A DNA stretch of 64,000 nucleotides from contig OZ024750.1 of the NCBI GenBank assembly GCA_964016885.1, forward strand, positions 30,938,001 to 31,002,000, given 5' to 3'. The stretch comes from Eledone cirrhosa. Its lineage: Eukaryota. Below are positions 28,514 to 41,845 of the stretch, piece after piece. Position numbers and translations under genes: made by a program. The stretch's first letter is position 1. Each line of letters opens with the position of its first letter. Below the pieces are notes generated by a model, which was not told where the DNA came from, did not search any database, and saw only the letters and a list, made by a program, of their open reading frames with translations.

Positions 28514-28575
28514 GTATAGTACAATCAGTTCCAGTGTATCCAGGACAGCACCTCATGGCAGCTGAGACAAATATT
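28514..28575 (-). CDS. Exon 3: EMI-like domain end (KIFVSAAMRCCPGYTGTDCTI)
   Basis: ttttacAG acceptor and GTAAGT donor. The CCPGY..G..C motif is typical of EMI C-termini. Phase 2 to 1. Confidence 0.9.
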
Positions 28576-28769
28576 CTGTAAAATAACCATAAAATGTTTT
28601 GTATGTACAATGGTGATTATTTGAAACAAAGTGTTTTTGAAAACAGTCTGAGTAATTCTCATCATGAGCATCATCATTTAATGTGTGCTTTGCCTTCTAG
28701 GAAGGGTTGGATGGGTCTACACAGCCCATATCTTGCTTACATGCGCCTCCATTTTCTACCAAGGGTATT

Positions 28770-29280
28770 TTCTGATGGCACCGGCACTAGCAAAGTTGTC
28801 ATGCTTTTGACACAACTGAAGGTGCCTGCCAACTTTTTGTTTAGCAAGCTTTCTACGGCTGGATGCCCTTCCTACAACCAACTACTTTACAGTGTATACT
28901 GGGTGTGTTTATCATGTTGATTACCAACACTAGGGAGGCTGTCATATCCTTGACACAACTGAAAGGGCCTCCCAACCCTTTGTTTGGCAAACTTTCTATG
29001 GCTGGAGGCTCTTCCTATCGCCAACCCCTTTACATTGTGTACTGGGTGCATTTATTATGTAGATAACCAACACTAAGGAGGCTGTCATATCCTTTACACA
29101 ACTGAAGGGGCCTCTCAGCACTTTCTTTGGCAAGCTTTCTGATGCTGGATACCTTTTCTATCACCAATCACTTTACAGTATGTAGTGGGTGCGTTTATCA
29201 TGTAGATAATCAACACTAGGGAGATTGTAATGTCCTTGCCTAACTGAATGGTCCTCTCAACCGTTTCTTTGGCAATTTTA
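28770..29280 (+). repeat. Tandem array (about 140-bp unit, about 4 copies) of a dispersed repeat
   Basis: The unit ACTAGGGAGGCTGTCATATCCTTGACACAACTGAA...GGCTGGATGCCCTTCC recurs here and at 5750-6060, 6600-6770 and 27075-27220. Confidence 0.75.
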
Positions 29281-29774
29281 TCTAACTAAATTGATCCAGT
29301 GTAGAAAAATAATCCTTTAACACGTTTTTCAATTTAACACAGTTTATAAATTGAAACCAGTTTTTATTGCAAACTTCTCTTACCAATTACTCATTACTAA
29401 TCTATAGTACATCATCATCATCATCATCATCGCTTAACGTCCATCTTCCACGCTAGCATGGGTTGGACGATTTTGTCCCACTTGAGGCAAGATTGGTCAG
29501 GTGACCATGTTATACTCACATAGAACTGTTTTGGGCAGGTTTTCTATGGCTGGATGCCCTTCCTAACACAAACCACATTTACATATCTAGCAAATTTTGT
29601 GTTATTACTAGTTACTATCCTATAGTACATATGTAGCAACTTTGGTGTTATTACTGGTTACTAATCTATAGTACATACTTAGTAAACTTGGTATTATTAC
29701 TAGTTACTAATGTATATATTTACCAAAGTTGGTGTTAATAATCTACAGTACATATATAGTAAACTTATTATTAC

Positions 29775-30180
29775 TAATTACTAGTTACTAACCTATAGTA
29801 GGTATCTACCAATTACTGGTTACTAGTTACTAACCTATAGTAGGTATCTACCAATTACTGGTTACTAGTTATTAACCTATAGTACATATCAACCAATTAC
29901 TGGTTACTAGTTACTAACCTATAGTACATATCAACCAATTACTGGTTACTAGTTACTAACCTATAGTACATATCAACCAATTACTGGTTACTAGTTACTA
30001 ACCTATAGTACATATCAACCAATTACTGGTTACTAGTTACTAACCTATAGTACATATCAACCAATTACTGGTTACTAGTTACTAACCTATAGTACATATC
30101 AACCAATTACTGGTTACTAGTTATTAACCTATAGTACATATCAACCAATTACTGGTTACTAGTTACTAACCTACAGTACA
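29775..30180. repeat. 42-bp minisatellite, about 9-10 copies
   Basis: Unit TTACTAGTTACTAACCTATAGTACATATCAACCAATTACTGG; period 42 (29821 to 29863). Confidence 0.95.
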
Positions 30181-30750
30181 TAACTAGCAAACTTTGTGTT
30201 ATTTCATGTCAGCTCAATTAATTCTTTGATTTCACTTTCATCAATCAATATAAAACCAATATAGAATAGAAAAAGTATAACAACCACATAATTAACAAGT
30301 ATATTTCTAACGTAGCAAATATATTGTTGCTAACAGTGACAACAATGACAACAGCAATTATAAACTAAATGATGCTGGTGACAGCGGCATTGAACACAAC
30401 AATGACTTTAATGCAGGATAGGTTTGATTGATGTTATATAATTTACTTCTAGAGCGGGGAATTGGCAGTATCGGTAGAGGGTTGGATGCCATGCTTTCTA
30501 GCATAGTTACATCCCTTTACGTTATGAGTTCAAATCCCGCCGAGGTTAACTTTGCCTTTCATCCTTACAGGGGTCGATAAAATAAAGTACCAGTAATATA
30601 CTGGCTAATTGCTGGCCTTGTGCCTAAAGTAGAAACCATTATTAATTTCTTTGCCTTTCATCCTTACGGAGGTCGATAAAATAAAGTACCAGTAATGCAC
30701 TGGGTAATTGCTGGCCTTGTGTCAAAAGTAGAAACAGTTATATAATTTAC

Positions 30751-30897
30751 TTTTCAAAGACACATGGTTGGCCCGGTGGTGGAATTGTCATTGTTGCAAG
30801 TTTGAAGCCTTCGCTAAGCATTACATCGGCGTCTACACAGGAACCATTTCTTTGCATGTTGGTGAAGATTGTCATATTACAGAACTGAAATAAGCCA
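30751..30897 (-). CDS. Exon 2: EMI-like domain, N-terminal part (SGLFQFCNMTIF...GSCVDAD...GQPCVFE)
   Basis: ttttccAG acceptor, GTAAAT donor, 147 nt, phase 2 to 2, open frame. Confidence 0.85.
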
Positions 30898-32994
30898 CTG
30901 GAAAATAAATCAAGAAACCAATCAAAGAATAAATAAAAAGCAGAAATGCAGAATGAATAGAGTTAATGTATAAATAAAAATAGAAAATAATAAAAAAAAT
31001 AAATTTAATAAAAATTAAATTAAAATAGTTAATGTAGAAATATAAATAAAAAAATGAATAGAGTTGATGTAAAAATGAAAATAAAAAAAAAAATTAAATG
31101 AATAATTAATTTAAACATAGGAATTAAAAAAATTTGAATTAACTTTATGTTCACAAACCACATAGTCTAACAATGTAAGAAACTACTGTGATGATAGAGG
31201 GGAAGGAATTGAAAGGTTTTAGTAGTACACACTAACATATTTCTAAATGATTGTTTCATTTGTTTATTTAGAAATCGGATTTATTTAATTTTTTTTCAAT
31301 GTTAAAACATATTAGATTCTATTTATGGAGTATATCATGTAAATACTGTTTAAAAGGGAGAAAAAAAAAATAAAATTTAGATTGAGAAGAATGGAATGTA
31401 AAATAGTAAAATATAAAGAAAAAAGAGAAAATGAAAAAAAAACGGAAAAGGGAGGGAATGTCACAGAAGAATGGGCTCTGGGCCTAGGGTGTGGTGGTAA
31501 AGGGGGCGCGCCTCATGGACAAGACTGCAAAAGCATTCCCGCGGACAATGGCCAGTGACACCGACTGCAACAACCACCCCACCTCACGGGGCTCCGTCCT
31601 CAGACAGGCCTCTGACGTTCCAATCTTGTGGAGGAGCTCGACTGTATGGGGTCATTTTAATTACAAGTGATGGAGATGAATTGTTTAAACAGAAATGAAT
31701 TATATTCTAGCTGTGACCATTCCCCCCTAACATGGCTAACTATACTCAAGCTCTGTCCATTTCATCTTATTTTAAAATGTAAGATATCTAGGACTACATT
31801 ATCCAATATGTTCTTCCTTTTTAACCCTTTTCTGACCCTGATTCTAATGAAATAAACACTATTTCAATCAATTAATGAATAATATGAGATTTATTAAAAT
31901 CATTAATTTTTTTCATTTTACTAAGCTAGTAACTTAACATAAGGTTCTTTTTATAAAATTATGTCAAAAGATTTTAATTTAAATAGGAACCAGTAATATG
32001 GATGGTTTTGTTTCATAGAACCAGTTCTGGTTTCAAGTGGTTTTGTATCAAAATGGTTAAAATAATAGTGAGGTTAGAGGAAGATATGGTTACTATTTCT
32101 AGTAGGTCAAGCAGCCACATAGAAACTCCTTTGTTGGTTGACTTACGTTTTTGGAAGTTGTTAAGGTAGTAACATTTTTATTTTCTATTCCCTGTTTAAA
32201 TATTTAAGAAATGGAAATTCTGATGAAGTACAAGGTCAGCTGAGCTCATGGGTGTTATCCAACTATCTGGGTCTTCTGTTGGTTGGTTTTGCCTTTAAAA
32301 TCTGTCCAGCAATTCTTTCCTTAGACATATAAAGTCAATCCATGATAAACTGTCTCTGGTTCTAAGAAACAACCTATTTTAACCCTTTCGTGACCGTATT
32401 TATAATAAAATATACTCTTTCAATTAATTAATGCAGAATTTTGAAGGGTTTACTCAAATGATTATTTCATTCTTAATATAATACCTTAACATATTGTTCT
32501 TGTATAATATCATGTTGGAAGCTATAAATCTATATAGAGATTGTTTGAAATGGGTGCTTTTCTTTCATAGAACCAGAGCCAGTTTTGCTAAGGTTGGTAT
32601 CAAAGGAGTTATTGAGTTCCTATTAAAATTAAAATCTTCTGACATAATTTGACATAAGAACCTTTTGTTAAACTATATTAAAAATAGACAAAATGAAATA
32701 ATTATTTTAGTAAATCATTCCAAATGCTTCCTTAATTAATTCAAATACAATGTATCTCATTAGATATATGTTAATGAAAATATTTCACTAAAACAGAACA
32801 AAAACTAAATTGAGAATTAGATAGTAGATAAACAGTTAGGAGGGATTATGTAATATGGTTTGGATAATAGAAGATTCTAACTGTTCCCTTCCAGACCCTT
32901 TTTAGAGTTTCAGGACACACTATCTTTGTGCATCCATCCCACGCCTCCCAGGATAGGTCACAAGCCCATCGCCAGTTTTTCAAACTGATAATAA

Positions 32995-33540
32995 AATGGA
33001 TTATATAATATGGTCTGAATAATGAAGGGATTATATAATATGGTCTGAATGATAGAAAGGATTATGTAATACGGTCTGAATGATAGAAGGGATTATGTAA
33101 TATGGTCTGAATAATGAAGGGATTATATAATATGGTTTGAACGATAGAAGGGATTATGTAATATGGTCTGAATAATGAAGGGATTATATAATATGGTCTG
33201 AACGATAGAAGGGATTATGTAATATGGTCTGAATGATAGAAGGGATTATATAATATGGTCTGAATGATAGAAGGGATTATGTAATATGGTCTGAATGATA
33301 GAAGGGATTATATAATATGGTCTGAATGATAGAAGGGATTATGTAATATGGTCTGAATAACAAAGGGATTATGGAATGTTGTATGAATAATAAAGGTATT
33401 ATCTAATATTGTATACATAATAGATGGGATTATATAGTATCATATGAATAATAGAAAGGGTTATGTAATATGATCTGAATAATGGGGATTATGTAATATG
33501 ATATGGATAATAGAATGGGTTTTGTAACATGGTTTGAATA
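32995..33540. repeat. 30/31-bp minisatellite in intron 1, about 17 copies
   Basis: Unit TAGAAGGGATTATGTAATATGGTCTGAATGA and variants. Confidence 0.93.
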
Positions 33541-33597
33541 ACAGCAAAATTAAAATGGAATTAATAGTAAAACTAAATGAGAAGTGACTTGTTTTAC

Positions 33598-33671
33598 CTG
33601 GTACCACATGGTAGCTTGAGGAAGAAGAGAAGAATGGGTAAAAGTGTGGCTAAAACAGTCACACGTCCCAT
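33598..33671 (-). CDS. Exon 1: start codon and signal peptide MGRVTVLATLLPILLFFLKLPCGT
   Basis: ATG in the context ATCATGG, then a basic residue and a hydrophobic core. Donor AG|GTAAAA, phase 2, matching exon 2. Confidence 0.85.
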
Positions 33672-33719
33672 GATGTTTACTGCACCCTTTTTTTTCTTTT
33701 TAAAAATCAGTCACAATTA

Positions 33720-33781
33720 CTTTATATAATCGAGGCTCAATTATGCAGTGAAGCTCCAGTAAAATGTTCTCAGCTTATAAA
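33720..33781 (-). promoter_or_regulatory. Candidate core promoter of the VWD gene
   Basis: On the minus strand, TATAAG starts at 33779, 30 nt upstream of an Inr-like TCACTG (A at 33749). A second TATATAAAG lies at 33728-33720. Both are within about 110 nt of the ATG. Confidence 0.35.
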
Positions 33782-34289
33782 GCTTCCTTCTATTCTTGGC
33801 TCAATGGAATCTATCATTGATACAACAGAAGTTTGTTTGTTCACTGCATGACTGCCAGTAATCAATAATCCATTTTATTCGAATTCCTAAATCAATTAAT
33901 TGCAGCCAATCTAGATTTGGAGGGTGGGGTGGGGGTGAGGGTGGGGATATGAAGAAGAGAGAGTAAGCTCGAGGGCGAGAGGAACAGAGAAGGAAGTGTA
34001 TGATAGAATGAAGGGTGGGTTGAAAGGACACACAGAGAAAAACAAAGAAATTATGTGGGAGAGAGTTAGGAGACAAAATCATATTTTTTTTTTTTATTCT
34101 TTGTTACTTTTCCAGACAACAGCTGATGTAATTATATTCCAGAAATTTCCAGTGTAATGTTGTTGTTGGTTGTTGTCATGATGACCATAAGCATCATCAT
34201 CATCATTATCAATATGATCATCATCATTATGATCAGTATCATCGTTATGATCATCATAACTATGATGATAATGATGATCATTATGATCA

Positions 34290-34765
34290 TTGGATTGGCA
34301 GTATCGGTAGAGGGTCGGATACCATGCTTTGACGCATAGAGTTACGGCCCTTGCCATTCTGAGTTCAAATCCCGCCGAGGTTAACTTTGGCTTTCATCCT
34401 TACGGGGGTCGATAAAATAAAGTACCAGTAATGCACTGGGGTAATTGCTGGCCTTGTGCCAAAAAGTAGAAACAATTATTATGTTATGGCCCTTTATGGT
34501 CTGAGTTCAAATCCCGCCCCGAGGTTAACTTTGGCTTTCATCCTTACGGGGGTCGATAAAATAAAGTACCAGTAATGCACTGGGGTAATTGCTGGCCTTG
34601 TGCCAAAAAGTAGAAACAATTATTATGTTATGGCCCTTTATGGTCTGAGTTCAAATCCCGCCCCGAGGTTAACTTTGGCTTTCATCCTTACGGGGTCGAT
34701 AAAATAAAGTACCAGTAATGCACTGGGTAATCGCTGGCCTTGTGCCAAAAAGTAGAAACAATTAT
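34290..34765 (+). mobile_element. SINE family A: one full copy plus two tandem 3' partial copies, embedded in (ATC/ATG)n
   Basis: Same core as other family-A copies, repeated with a period of about 140 bp. Confidence 0.9.
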
Positions 34766-34941
34766 TATGATGATGATGATGATAATGATTATCATTGTGG
34801 TCCTAATCATCATCATCATTATTATGATCATCATGAGCAGTATTATAATCATCATCATCATCATCATCAATTACAATTATCTATTGCCACATTAATCATC
34901 ATCATCATCACTACCATTACCATCATCATTATCATCATCAA

Positions 34942-36712
34942 GTGTTGTTGTTTGGTGGTGGCGGTGTTGGTGTTGTAGTTGTTGTTGGTGGTGGTGTTGG
35001 TGGTGGTGGTGTAGTTGTTGTTGGTGGTGGTGTTGGTGGTGGTGGTGTTGGTGGTGGTGGTGTTGGTGGTGGTGGTGTTGGTGGTGGTGGTGTTGGTGGT
35101 GGTGGTGTTGGTGGTGGTGGTGTAGTTGTTGTTGGTGGTGGTGTTGGTGGTGGTGGTGTTGGTGGTGTTGGTGGTGGTGGTGTAGTTGTTGTTGGTGGTG
35201 GTGTTGGTGGTGTTGTTGGTGGTGGTGGTGTTGGTGGTGGTGGTGTTGGTGGTGGTGGTGTAGTTGTTGTTGGTGGTGGTGTTGGTGGTGGTGGTGTTGG
35301 TGGTGGTGGTGGTGTTGGTGGTGGTGGTGGTGTTGGTGGTGGTGGTGGTGGTGTTGGTGGTGGTGTTGTAGTTGTTGTTGGTGGTGGTGTTGGTGGTGGT
35401 GGTGTTGGTGGTGGTGGTGGTGTTGGTGGTGGTGGTGGTGGTGTTGGTGGTGGTGTTGTAGTTGTTGTTGTTGGTGGTGTTGGTGGTGGTGGTGTTGGTG
35501 GTGGTGTAGTTGTTGTTGGTGGTGGTGTTGGTGGTGGTGTTGTAGTTGTTGTTGGTGGTGTTGGTGGTGTTGTTGGTGGTGGTGGTGTTGGTGGTGTTGG
35601 TGGTGTTGTAGTTGTTGTTGGTGGTGGTGGTGGTGTTGTAGTTGTTGTTTGGTGGTGGCGGTGTTGGTGTTGTAGTTGTTGTTGGTGGTGGTGTTGGTGT
35701 TGTAGTTGTTGTTTGGTGGTGGCGGTGTTGGTGTTGTAGTTGTTGTTGGTGGTGGTGTTGGTGTTGTAGTTGTTGTTTGGTGGTGGTGTTGGTGTTGTAG
35801 TTGTTGTTTGGTGGTGTTGGTGGTGGTGGTGTTGGTGGTGGTGGTGTTGGTGGTGGTGGTGGTGGTGGTGTTGTAGTTGTTGTTTGGTGGTGTTGGTGGT
35901 GGTGGTGTTGGTGGTGGTGGTGTTGGTGGTGGTGGTGGTGTTGTAGTTGTTGTTTGGTGGTGTTGGTGGTGGTGGTGTTGGTGGTGGTGGTGTTGGTGGT
36001 GGTGTTGGTGTTGTAGTTGTTGTTTGGTGGTGTTGGTGGTTGTGGTGTTGGTGGTGGTGGTGTTGGTGGTGGTGGTGGTGTTGTAGTTGTTGTTTGGTGG
36101 TGTTGGTGGTGGTGTTGGTGTTGTAGTTGGTGGTGGTGGTGTTGGTGGTGGTGTTGGTGTTGTAGTTGTTGTTTGGTGGTGTTGGTGGTGGTGGTGGAGG
36201 TGGTGTTGGTGGTGGTGGTGGTGTTGTAGTTGTTGTTGGTGGTGGTGGTGTTGGTGGTGGTGGTGGTGGTGTTGGTGGTGGTGGTGGTGTTGGTGGTGGT
36301 GGTGTTGTAGTTGTTTGGTGGTGGTGGTGTTGGTGTTGGTGTTGTAGTTGTTGTTGGTGGTGGTGTTGGTGGTGGTGGTGTTGGTGGTGGTGGTGGTGGT
36401 GTTGGTGGTGGTGGTGTTGTAGTTGTTTGGTGGTGGTGGTGTTGGTGTTGGTGTTGTAGTTGTTGTTGGTGGTGGTGTTGGTGGTGGTGGTGTTGGTGGT
36501 GGTGGTGGTGTTGTAGTTGTTGGTGGTGGGGGTTTTGACGTTGGTGTTGTAGTTGTTGGTGGTGGTGGTGATGTTGGTAGTGGTGTTGGTTTTGACGTAG
36601 GTGTTGTAGTTGTTGTTGGTGTTGTAGTTGTTATTGTTGTAGTTGCTGTTAGTGTAGTAGTTGTTATTGTTGGTGATGGTGTTGGTGTTGTAGTTGTTGG
36701 TGGTGGTGGATT
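34942..36712. repeat. 1.8-kb compound (GGT/GTT/GTA)n microsatellite
   Basis: Read directly; accounts for the many overlapping Gly/Val/Trp pseudo-ORFs. Confidence 0.95.
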
Positions 36713-37289
36713 TGTATTATTGTTGCTATCCAGTGTGTTTAAACTTTATAATAGTGTCAAGGTGATGCAATATTTTAAGAGAAAAAAAATGTTAAATTAA
36801 ATTTTCAGTAGGGATTAATTGTTTCTGATCTTTTACACTTCACAAAGTTTTAATTTAATTAAAATGTGAAATAAATGTTAAATATTTTCTAAGAAACCGT
36901 AACAACGAAACAAACAAACAAATTGCAATTTATATTTAGAATATTTTCAAATGGGGCAAAGATACAACTTAGCAGGGATTTATTTGGCAGATTTTATTGA
37001 GCTGTAAATTGAAATACAGGTACACCTCACCCTTCTTTGTTAATGGGCTTCAGAAATCAAGACTTAACCCTTTAGCATTTGAACCGGCAATATCTGGCCA
37101 GAATTTTCTAACCTCTTTCTCTTTCAAACTGGCTGTAACCAGCCACTCGTACCAATGATTAGGTATTGTTCTCAAAATAAATATCAAAATCTCATAGATT
37201 TGATATTATGTGAGGTAAACATTTACCATTGAAATATAATTGTAAGTACAATAATAATGAAATTATTGTGTACAGTGCTCAGGTACACT

Positions 37290-37625
37290 ACAACTCATCA
37301 AATGTGCATGTATAGTACATAGAAAAATGTACAAATGTCAGGAAAGTGAACAGTATATGAGTTATGATATACATGTGTGCGTGTGTTGGGAGAGGGTATA
37401 TCAGGTGTAGTGTTGGCAAATCTCAGGAACCATGGATGTTTTAAAGGATGCAGTGTCTTGACAGCTAACAACTGGTGCAGGTAGTTTGTTCCATGCTTCA
37501 GCAACTCTGAGCATCAAAAAATGTTTCCGAAAGTCATGGGAGCTGTGCTGTTTTCTGACTTTGTAGACATGCCCACGTGTGTTAGACATATGGAATTAAA
37601 AAGCTGCTCAGGGTTGTTGTTGAAA
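37290..37625 (-). mobile_element. CR1-like LINE 3' fragment
   Basis: TRGH.YK........RKHF...RV...WNKLP..VV......SFK is the CR1 ORF2 C-terminal signature. Confidence 0.85.
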
Positions 37626-38269
37626 CACAATGAATATCTAATTACCCCTCTATAAACCATTACTAGGCATTCTCTACATTATGCTGTATAGTTTAGCATT
37701 TATTTTAGTGTTTTTTATGGTTTAATATTTTTGACCGACTGATGTAAAGTTGAGTCAATCAACTTAACTCAAGGTTCATTTTTGCCATATAATATTAAGT
37801 AAAACTAAAGTAACTTGGAAAAAGATGAAACTTAGAATGACATCTGCCAAAGTGTACCTGTGTGTCCATTAATGTCTATATATGTTGTATATATATATAT
37901 ATATAGTCTGAGTATTTATATATTGCATGCTCTGTATATGACTGTATATGTTGTATATATACAGTTCATCATCATCATCATCACCGTTTTACGTCCGTTC
38001 TTCCATGCTATCATGGGTTAGATGGGTTGTCCTGTTGTGGGCAGTGTCCGGCCGGCTGACCTTGTCTTGCTCATACGGGAACTGATTCTGGCTTGATTTC
38101 TGCAGCTGAATGCCCTTCCTAACTTCCAACCTCATTTACAGTGAGTGCTGGGTGCTTTTTTTTTTCTGTGGCGCCTACATGTCCACTTTACAGTGTGGGC
38201 TGGGTGCTTTTTTGCCGTGGCACCTCCACGACCACTTTGCAGTGGAATGATAGGGACCCCTGTCCTACA

Positions 38270-38650
38270 ATCTCATTTCTATAGCTGAGTAAACTGGAGC
38301 AATGTGAAATAAAGTGTCTTGCTCAAGGAAACAATACATCACCCGGTCTGAGAATTGAACTCACAACCTTTCGATTGCAAGCCCAATGCTCTAACCACTA
38401 AGCCATGTGCCTTTACATGATTGTATAGTATTTTATTCATTATACCAAACCACCAAATATGTGTGGATCAATGGTTAGGGTGTTGGGTTCGCAATTGTAA
38501 GGTTATAATTTCAATTCCCAGTGACACATAGTATCCTTGAGCAAGACACTTTATTTCATGCTGCTCCAGTCAGTTTAACTTCCAGAAATAAGTTGTACCT
38601 GTAATTCAAAGGACCAGCCTTCTCACACATTGTGTCAAGCTGACTTTCCT
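38270..38650. mobile_element. Two divergently oriented copies of a second tRNA-derived SINE family
   Basis: GGCTTAGTGGTTAG A-box, GTTCAATTC B-box and CCTTGAGCAAGACACTTTATTTCAC core. Relatives lie at about 9440, 11620, 14250 and 45630. Confidence 0.7.
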
Positions 38651-41600
38651 TAACCATTCGGTTTATGTTGTCTTCACATTATCCTTCATCTTCATAAGTC
38701 AACCCTTTTTCGAAGGTGAAGCATTCATTTTAAATATCAAACAGTACAAAACACAGAAACAAAACAAGAGAAGTCAAAGTTTCACATCTAGAAGGACATT
38801 TAATGAAATTAGTTTGTGAGTTAACTTGAATTTAAACAATTTGAATTGAAATAACCATCTTTTTTTATGGTTTCAATTCTTCTAATCTGTTATAATTTAA
38901 ACATTAAATTTACAAAATAAAAAATAAAAAAAATAAAAATTGAGAATTTTTTAAATTTTATGTTCTTGATTGTATTGGAATTCAAATCAAACATGGCAGC
39001 TGAAACATCATTCAAATATTTAAACAGTTGAAATACGAATCAACAGCCATGAAACAAAAACTAAAACTAAAACAACAAATTCTCAATAATTTTTTTTATT
39101 GATAGATAGCCAGATTGTCTGAGCATCTAATCAATCTTTTATATTTTTACTTTCCGTCTAATCGGTTGTATCACAATTAAATATCCTATAACAGCTGACT
39201 CTTACAAATTATCTATGGACAATTAACATATCGATATTTGAATAACTGTAGAGAATGGAGAAGTGTATAAATCTATTATAGATATGTACTGGGAAACACT
39301 AGCTACATATACAACTGCAACCAAAAGTATAAACCTATTATAGAAATGTACTGAACAACACTAGCTTGATTTATGTATGGACCCATAACTCCTGTTAGGG
39401 AGTTGTAGGGGTGCCAATGTGATTGATTATATGGCTGGCGTTTCTCGGGCATTTTTTTTAAAGCTGGTGGAACCCATCTCCTCTCCAGGTCTGAATATAC
39501 AGATTTCTTCCAGAAAAGGAAAGTATAGAGAGTGAGCGAATGGAAGTGAGAAAGAAACACATGGAATAATCGACCCCAGTGCTTGGCTGATACTTTTCTT
39601 TTTATCAAACTCGAATGGATGAAAGGCAAAGTTGACCACAGCACGATTTGAACTCAGAGAGCTGGAACAAATATGGCAAAGCATTCTATTGGACGTTCTA
39701 ACGACTCTGCCAATTCACCATCTATCTACAACCAAAGGTATAAATCTATTAAAAATATGTACTGAGGAACACTGGCATTCCCTCAGTTACTTTGAGTGTT
39801 TCAGCTAATTCAAGCAATGGAAAAGCCTGCTCGTGAAATTAACATACAAGTGGCTGAGGATTTCACAGACACATGCACCTATAATGTAGTTCTCAGGGAG
39901 ATTCTGCATAAAACATAAAAGATTGATTAGATGCTCAAGGGTCAATAAAATAAAGTACCAGTAACATGCTTAGGTTGATTTCATTGATTGTCTCCTCCAC
40001 CAGAATTGTTGGCCTTGTACCTAAATCAGAAACTATTATTAGTTAGGTAACTAATCCATTTCTAGGTTAGTTTAGTAGCTGGAAAGTTATGTCAAAGTTA
40101 TTTCATTACACGGGCGGTGGATTGGCAGTATCGGTAGAGGGTCGGACACCATGCTTTCCAGCATAGTTACGTCCCTTTACGATCTGAGTTCAAATCCCGC
40201 CAAGGTTGACTTTGCCTTTCATCCTTACGGGGTCGATAAAATAAAGTACCAGTAATGCACTAGGTAATTGCTGGCCTTGTGCCTAAAGTAGAAACAGTTA
40301 TTTCATTACACCTTCTGTGCCTTTCACATTAGCTATTCTTGTTCCTCTGTGTTCCAATGCAGGCCCCAAACTCTGAAATCTTGGCACCATATAAACATAG
40401 GGCCTATTGCTGTAAATATTGGGGCAAAGGGGTCTCATGAATTTGCTCTAATAAAGTTCCGTCACTTTTGTAGCTTCGTCACCTCGGGAGAGGAAGTAGT
40501 GGTGAGTATAGTCACGTTTCCCCAGTCCCCTGTGCTGATGTGTCCTATTTCGGAATGCTGTCAGTGCCTGGGGATGGGGCCTTGGTTTTGTCTTTTCTTG
40601 CTGGATTATAAATTCATCTCCATGTACATGGGGAGGTGTAGATTTGAGAAATGATTAATGTGATGTTGAAATGGCTATCATCTAACAAGATGAAGCAATC
40701 ACCATGTATGTATATGTGGGCACACAAAAATACTCAGTTTGGTGCCTGGGCATGCAGTTAGTCCAATCAGAGTGAGATACCCCTAGTTCTTGTTAGGACA
40801 TCATTCTAGGAGACGGAAAACTCTGATGTAAAACCTGCAACTTGATGGCAGCCGGTGATGTTGAACTGTTCTTCTTTTTGGATGCCTGTCACCGTTTTTC
40901 AGAGAGTGGGCCAAGTCCAGTGCAAGGCCTTTCTTCGCTTAAAAAAGCTTCAAGCACTGGCATCGCTTGATCTAAAGGACTTTTACGTATGTTGTGTGAG
41001 CATTGCCTTTTCTGTTTTCTTTTGCTGCAGCATATGCAGAAAGGAATCTAAGTCCTTGGAAGGGCTAAAATGGCATGTTTATGCCAGCTATGTACGAGAA
41101 AATGGTCAAGAGATGGCAATTCTCGAAACAGAGGCAGCCATTATGTTTGTAAATATGATATAAACGTTTACATATGTTTACTGTTGTCAAAGAATTCTTA
41201 TAATCACAATACCATTTATACATGAGATGAAAGTCAGTGAATAATCTATTTATCCCCTTATTCATCATTATAAGGCACTTTTTATTTTCCCCACCGATGG
41301 CATGTTTAAATTTAAGATTCTCAATTCAACATTATATGTAGTGTCGTATCATTTTCTAGCAACAACTAACACATCAAATATTTGTGGTGAATAGATTAAA
41401 TTAAGACGAAAATGGATTACTTAGAAAGTCTAAATTGATGCATCGTTAATCTTCATTTCTGCATCATTATTCCTAATTTTAATATATTTCCTTTGCGATT
41501 CATGTCAAGGAATTTGTTATTCAAACAAGCAATAATTGGGAAGAGAATAGAGAAAGCGAAAAAGAAGCCAAAGCAAGATAAAAAATAAATAAATAAATTA

Positions 41601-41845
41601 TTAAATAGAATAAAACAAGTGCGAAAATTATTTTAACAATCACAAATCTTATAACTCTGTTTCTTCTAAATAAAATTAACGACATTGAAATATTATTTAT
41701 TTGTATCAAGATAAAAATTAGATATTTTTTTTGTCAAGATTTACACAATTAATGTCTTTTAGGAGCACAATAGCTTTAACTGAATACAGTATATATATAT
41801 ATATATATATATATAAGATCAAAAGATGGTTAAAGGAGTTCCATG

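Noticed and set aside
29775-30180. CRISPR-like regular repeats (also 10660-10985 and 32995-33540)
   Set aside because: Head-to-tail units without unique spacers, no cas genes, and a eukaryotic intron context.
34942-36800. Gly/Val/Trp-rich ORFs on the plus strand
   Set aside because: Translation artefacts of a (GGT/GTT)n microsatellite, open in all frames.
40111-40300. tRNA gene suggested by A and B boxes
   Set aside because: No cloverleaf; it is a multicopy SINE with a tail and TSD.
40320-41300. ORFs 40349-40654 and 40855-41163
   Set aside because: No splice-consistent domain. They look like decayed transposon sequence that I cannot assign.
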